From contig JBFLYH010000001.1 in the NCBI GenBank assembly GCA_040756875.1, positions 768,001-832,000 of the forward strand: a DNA stretch of 64,000 nt, read 5' to 3'. Position numbers and translations under genes: made by a program. The first letter of the stretch is position 1. Each line of letters begins with the position of its first letter. The notes under the pieces were generated by a model. The model did no database searches. It saw only the letters and a list, made by a program, of their open reading frames with translations, and had not been told where the DNA came from. Shown one piece after another: positions 12,001 to 18,000 of the stretch. The stretch is from a candidate division FCPU426 bacterium. GTDB taxonomy: Bacteria; Oederibacteriota; JAAXVQ01; JAUVAV01.

Positions 12001-15000
12001 GCGCGCCTTTGGCGAGAACGTGGCCCTGGCGCTGCATCACGGCGTAGCGCGGTTCTTTGTACGCATGATCGTTTTTATCCGTCCCGCGGCGGTCAGGCGG
12101 GTGGACGAAATCTTGTACCTGCCCGTGCTGGACGCCCAGGAAAAACCGCAGGGATTGATGCTGCTCAACAATTGGCGCAATCGCCAGCCGTTATTCGCCG
12201 ATGACGCCCAGCGCGCCCAGTTCCTGCAAAGCCTCGCGCTGCTGCGTTTTCTGACCACCAGCCATCTGACCGCCCTGGACCACCAGCAATCCCTGCTGAC
12301 CTCGGTCGAGGAACTCCGTCTGGTGACGAGCGAGCTCAACGGAACCTTCCGCAGCGCGTTGTTCGGACGTTTATCCGGTTTGCAGCGGCTGTTGTCAGAA
12401 GGTGATTTTCTCCTCCAATTGCTGCCTCAGGCCAAAACCGCCGGATTGATTTCCAGTCGCCAGGCCAGAGTCACCCGGCGCTGGCTGAACCTGCTGCCCA
12501 AACTCCCCGGCCAGCTCGAACAGCTCCTCTCCAGAGTGGTGGAAATAAACGCCGTTGCGCGCGCTCAAACAGAGGCCGCCGGCGCCGAAGCCGAAGCCAG
12601 TCTGAACAAGCTGGAATCACGCACGGATTTGGAGCCGGATCGTCCTTTCGAAGGCGACGAGCAAACGGTATTGTCCGAATTCAACCAGCGGATGGCTTCG
12701 GCCCAATCCTCGGCCGAACTCGAACAGATCGCCATCGACTCCTTGCGCCAGGCGGGCAATAACCTCCTGCTGCGCGGCCTCATGCTGGTCCAATTGCGTC
12801 TGGCCTGGGAGCGCATCCTGCGACTGCAAGCGCTCCGCGCGGAACAGCAGGCGCTCCAAGAAGCGCTGCGCGCTCTCAGCGAAACATTCTCCAGCCTATT
12901 CGGGCAACTGGAAGAGGGCTATGCGGTTCTCGGCCAGCTTGGCCGGCTGGAAACGGACCGAGAAAAAATCCAGGCGGCCAGGCAGCAGCTGAGCGAATTG
13001 GCCGCGCTTTATCCGAACGTGCAGTTGTTCACCGCCAGCCTGAACCGGGTCCTGGCGACCCGGGCGCGGCTGCTGACCGAAACCGACGACCGCCTCCTGC
13101 CGGTCACGCTTCCCGGCAACCAATACTTGCTTCTCTCCGATGCGTTGACCTCCCGTCAGCCGGAACAGGAACTGCAACGCATTATTCGCTACGGATTATT
13201 CGGCCAGCTCCCCGAATACCGGCACCTCGAACTGGCGCAGGAACGCCGGGATTCCTGGCCCCGGTTTGCACTGGGGCTGACCGACACCCTGGGGCAGCTT
13301 CGGTCCGGTTTTTGGAAACACGCACGGCGTTTGCGGAGAGCATCGCCGTTCGGCGCATCGCTCCGGCTGGCGCAACTCCGGTCGTGGTCGGGCCTGATCC
13401 GCCAGGCTCAGCTCGACGGCCATGAACACCTGTTGGATTTCCTCGTTCTGCTCCTGCCCGAACCCGGAGTGGCCGTAACCCTGCCCGCTGCCCGGCAGCA
13501 GCTTTCTGCGCTGCTGGCGCGGGGCCTGGCGGAAAGGTACGCCCGCGAATCCGGCCGGCCCCTCAACCCGGATCTGGCGGTCAAAATCCTCCAGACCTAT
13601 CCCCGGATCGTATCGCACCTCCAGGGCGATCTAAGTTCCGGAGCCTTGCAGCGGATGCTCGAGCCTTTCCAGGCGGACGAACTCACCCTTCTGGCCCTGA
13701 TCACGCTCCTGGCCTTGAAAAACAGCGGTCTCGAAGGCGCCCTGACGCGCGAACGGGCCGCATTCCTCCTGGGACACCTGGGCAATTTGGAAGGCTATGT
13801 TCGCTGGCTGCGTACGGAGTTGGCATCGCCGCCTGACCAGCTGGCGGATCGGCGTCTGCATGCCTGGGCGTATCAGCCTGAATCGGGTCTGACTCCCGAA
13901 GAGAGCGGCGCCAAGCTCGACCGGATGCAGCAGGGCCTTCACCAGCGCATCCCCGAAGCCGAACGTCCTGATTTCGACCGCTGGCTGGCACAGGCGGACT
14001 TCAGCCGCGCGGCCTCCAATTTCATCCATCTCTCGGCTGACAACGCGGCCAAGTTGCTGGTCCTGCTCTGGCGGGTGCAGCAACTCGCGCCCACCGACCA
14101 AACCATTCTCGAGGCCGAAGGCCAAACCGGCCTGCTGGAGGCGGCCCTGCAAAACTTCGACGAAAAGGCCTGGGAGGCGCATTATCCGCGCCTTATTCAG
14201 GACTTGCAGGAAAAACAGAACGGGGAACTCAATCATCTCAAGTGGCAGATCAGCACCGAGGCGCCCAATGTGAGTCAATTGAGCGTGAACGTCGTGGGTC
14301 TGACGACCGGTCTCCGGCCTGCGCCAACCGAACCCCTGCGCAAACCCTCCCGCTTCGGCAAACGCGGCCGCAACTTGCTCTTCCTGATTTTGGCACTGAC
14401 CGCTGCAGCCGCCTGGCTGACCTTCTCGCCCGAGGCGAGTTGGGAAATCGCCGGCAAAGTCCCGGCCTGGGACTCGCTGGATCAAACCGCCCGCGCCGCC
14501 ATCGCGCCTTTCTTCGGCGGCCTGCTCCTGTCACCGGAAAACGCGGAACGCCTGCGACGTCTTTCCGGGAGAACGGCCCAGTCGCTGCAGAGGATCTGGA
14601 ACCAAATCCGCGGTTTGCGGTATACGCCCCTGGACTCCCTGCGTTTCGACCGGCGTCTGGAATCCGGCTCCATGTCGAACGTCTATCGCGTCGAATACCA
14701 AGGCCGGAAATGGGCGTTCATCCAAAACAAGCTTCTGGATGAGCGGGACCCCAATCGGCCGCAAGCCGGATATACAGCCGAGGCTTTGCGCGACCTGCAA
14801 TCCGGCATCGAGGACACTGTTAAAAATTATCGCCTCTACCAGGGCTTGAACTATCGCGGCCATGCCATCGCGCCGGAAATCGGGCCGCTGGTTATGGACC
14901 GCAATGGCATCGTGGTGGGGTACCTGAGCGAGGAAATACCCGGGAAGGATTTGGGGACCCTGGTTCGTTTCGGCGCCATCACCCCGGAACAGCTCGAAGC

Positions 15001-18000
15001 CGTTCTGGTGCAGTTGCGTGGTCAGCTGGACGTGCTGCACAAGCGCGGTTTGGTGCACGGCGACACGCGCCCTGAAAACGTACTCGTGGCCTTCACTCCC
15101 GAAGGCGAGCCCATCGCCCGCTTTATTGATTTCGATCCGGCACGCGGTCGCTGGACCGTCAAGGACGACCTTACGCTTTTTGAGGAACGGCTGGTCACTT
15201 TGACCCGCTTTGAACTGCAGCCTCAAAACGTCGCCCACATCCGGGAGCTGGTGGCGGATGAATTCGAACGGCAGCAATGGCTCGCGGACCGCGAAACAGC
15301 CTATCAGGAACTGCGGAAAGTCCGCCTGACCTGGCACCGGCTGATGGATCAACTGACCGACACGATCAACCAGGACGAACTGCAAAACCTGATGTGGGAC
15401 TTTCTCGGGCAATTCGATGCCTTGCCCAAGGAAAGCCGCTTGTGGACCCGATCCGACGTGGCACTGGCGAGGCAACGCTTGGCCGAATCTTTCCCGGCGT
15501 TTTTCGGGGAACTGAATCGCCTGCTGGACGAACCCCTGCGCACCTATCAGAACGACCTCCAGTCGGCCGTGACGAACCTTTTATCCACCTGGCTCACCTT
15601 GACCGGGCCGGAATTCGACGCCAAAGCCAGGGATATTGTGGCTCAAAAAGTCAAGCAACTGGCCGATTCATCCCAACTGCCGGCCACCATGCAGGTTTTC
15701 CGGCTGGTGCCGGCCTCCAATGCACCACGATCCATTTTAGGAACACTCTTCGTTAATGAAACGGGCATTATCCGCCTCGACCTCATCCCGGCACTGCTGA
15801 CCAGTTTGGCCAACTGGATACTGCGGCGGCCGAACGCCGAATGGACATGGCGCGTGCCGGACAGCGGCCAGGAAACGCCTTACAGTCGCATTTCGGCGTT
15901 TCGATTGAGCATTCTCGACCAAATGCGGCCCTTCTTGCGCACTTTGGGCCGGGTCAAACGCGCCTTCTACCCAGCCAGCGCCGGCGATGCCTCCACCCTC
16001 CTCCTGGTTGCGGATCCGGACCGGATGCTCCTGGTGGATAAGCTGCCGTTCGGAACCCCGGAGGATTTCGCACGGGTCGAATCCATGCGCGAAGCCTATT
16101 GGGCGGATAAAACGGGCGAAGGGAAGGAAGGCTGGTCGAAGACCAAACCCCTGGAAAATATAGGCGTCTTAATCGGGCCCCTGGTCTGGGACCTGCAAAT
16201 GATCGGCGCCCAGAACATCCGCGTCACGCGTTTCTCGCCCACGGAACACCGCATCCGTTTTGTCTGGGGCCGCACCCCCGAGGAAGCGCGGCCGCGTGAA
16301 ATCCTCTTCATCAGCAACTGCGATTTGGAATATCCTGAAAATTATCCACCTTCCTTGATCAGGTGGTTAAAAGCGAACTACGATTTCTACCTGCAAAAAA
16401 GCGGCGAAAAGCTTCATCGCCTGGACGCCATGGATTATCACCTCCGGTTCCTCAAGGATACCGGCCTGCTTTTATCCGACCTTCTGAACAGGGAAGTCAT
16501 GATCGACGAAAGTTATAAATCCGTACCCTGGCCTTTCAATCTGGAAGGATTTGGCATCGGTTATGGGGAACATAATTTCCTGCGCCAAAAGAACCCGCGT
16601 TACATCATTCGTTTGACCAACCAGGTCAGGACGAACGAGGCCGGTTTCACCACGCCGGAGACGGCTGCCGCGCTCTCCGCCCTGGTCGGGCTGGGCCTGC
16701 TGCTGTCTGCCGGTCTGGGGTTGGTCTTCGGCGGTTTGAGCCTGGCAGCCGGGGCCGCTGGTTTGGCCTTGGGCGGTCTACTGACAATAGGTCCCGCGTT
16801 GATTTATTACTTAAATGCCCGTCGGCCGGAAGCTAGTCCCACGGGCCGCCAGCAACCCTCTGCCGCGGAAACCGGCATTTCCGATGTGGAACAGGCCCTC
16901 CAGTTGGATCAAACCATCTTGCCCAGGGACCCCAACGAGCCTTTCCGTCAATCCGAGTCCAGGACGGTCCGCGCGCTCCAAGCCTGGTTTGGGGATGTGC
17001 TTTTCGCCGGCGACCTCCAGACCGTCGGACGACCCGGAATCCGGAGGCCGTTCGAAGGCGCCCAAGCTGTTTTTGCTTCAGCCTGGACCATGGCACACGC
17101 CCTGGTCATGCTGATCGCCAGCACGCGGCCCGGCCAGCAGTTGGTCTTCGACCCGCAAAACCCGGACTTGTTGGATATGGCCCGCAAACAGTCTCTCCCG
17201 GATGCCGAAACCGCGGCCGCATTTGCCCGCAAGTATGCCGTGCAAGTGACGCCCCTGCACATCAGGCCTGTATCCAGCCTCAAGACCGCAGGCTGGGCGC
17301 GATTCCGGCTGTTCCTGAACCTCAATTCCGCCTACCAGGAAGACGGGGCGAACCTTCAACCCACCTTGTATCTGCCTGATAACATGCTGCTGGAATTGCA
17401 AAAGGGCATTCCCACCACGACGGGTTTGCGGGGATTGGGGCAGCGCTGGCTTTGGTATGGAAACCGCTTCCTCCTTGGTCTTCTGGCCCGATATCAATCC
17501 TCTGCCTATTTTTCAGATCTCCGCCAGGGGCTGGCCTGGAGCCAAAACCAAATGGCCGCCAATCAGGATTTCACCGAAGCCCGGGCCTTGGCCTTGGATC
17601 ATCTGGGCGGCCAAGAACGGGCCGTTGATTATTACTCCCGCCGGCCGGCCGCGAAGACAGCCCTGAGTCCTTATGATGTCATTAAAATATCGGTCAGGTT
17701 GATGCAAACCGGCGCCAGGCTCCTCGGAGAACCAGCTGTCACACCCTGGCAGGTTGTGGAGAACCGCTTGGACGCATCCCTTCGCGAAGGTGCTGAACCA
17801 GGCATTGAGACTCTTATGAAACTCCTTTCGACCGCCCCGGCCTTGGATTCCGCCGAAACCGCCGTTTTAAGGACCCTGACCGAAGAAAGCGCCGGTTTGC
17901 AGGGCAATTTGCAGCCTTGGGTCCTCAGGGATATCGCTGCCTCCCTGATCGACGGACAAGCCCGGTCATTAGCCGACAGCGGGGCATTGCCAACGCCCTC

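Noticed and set aside
5-15475. Long antisense ORFs (684, 605, 479, 314 aa etc.) opposite the giant gene
   Set aside because: Shadow frames caused by extreme GC3 bias; no motifs, and the sense frame carries clear enzyme signatures
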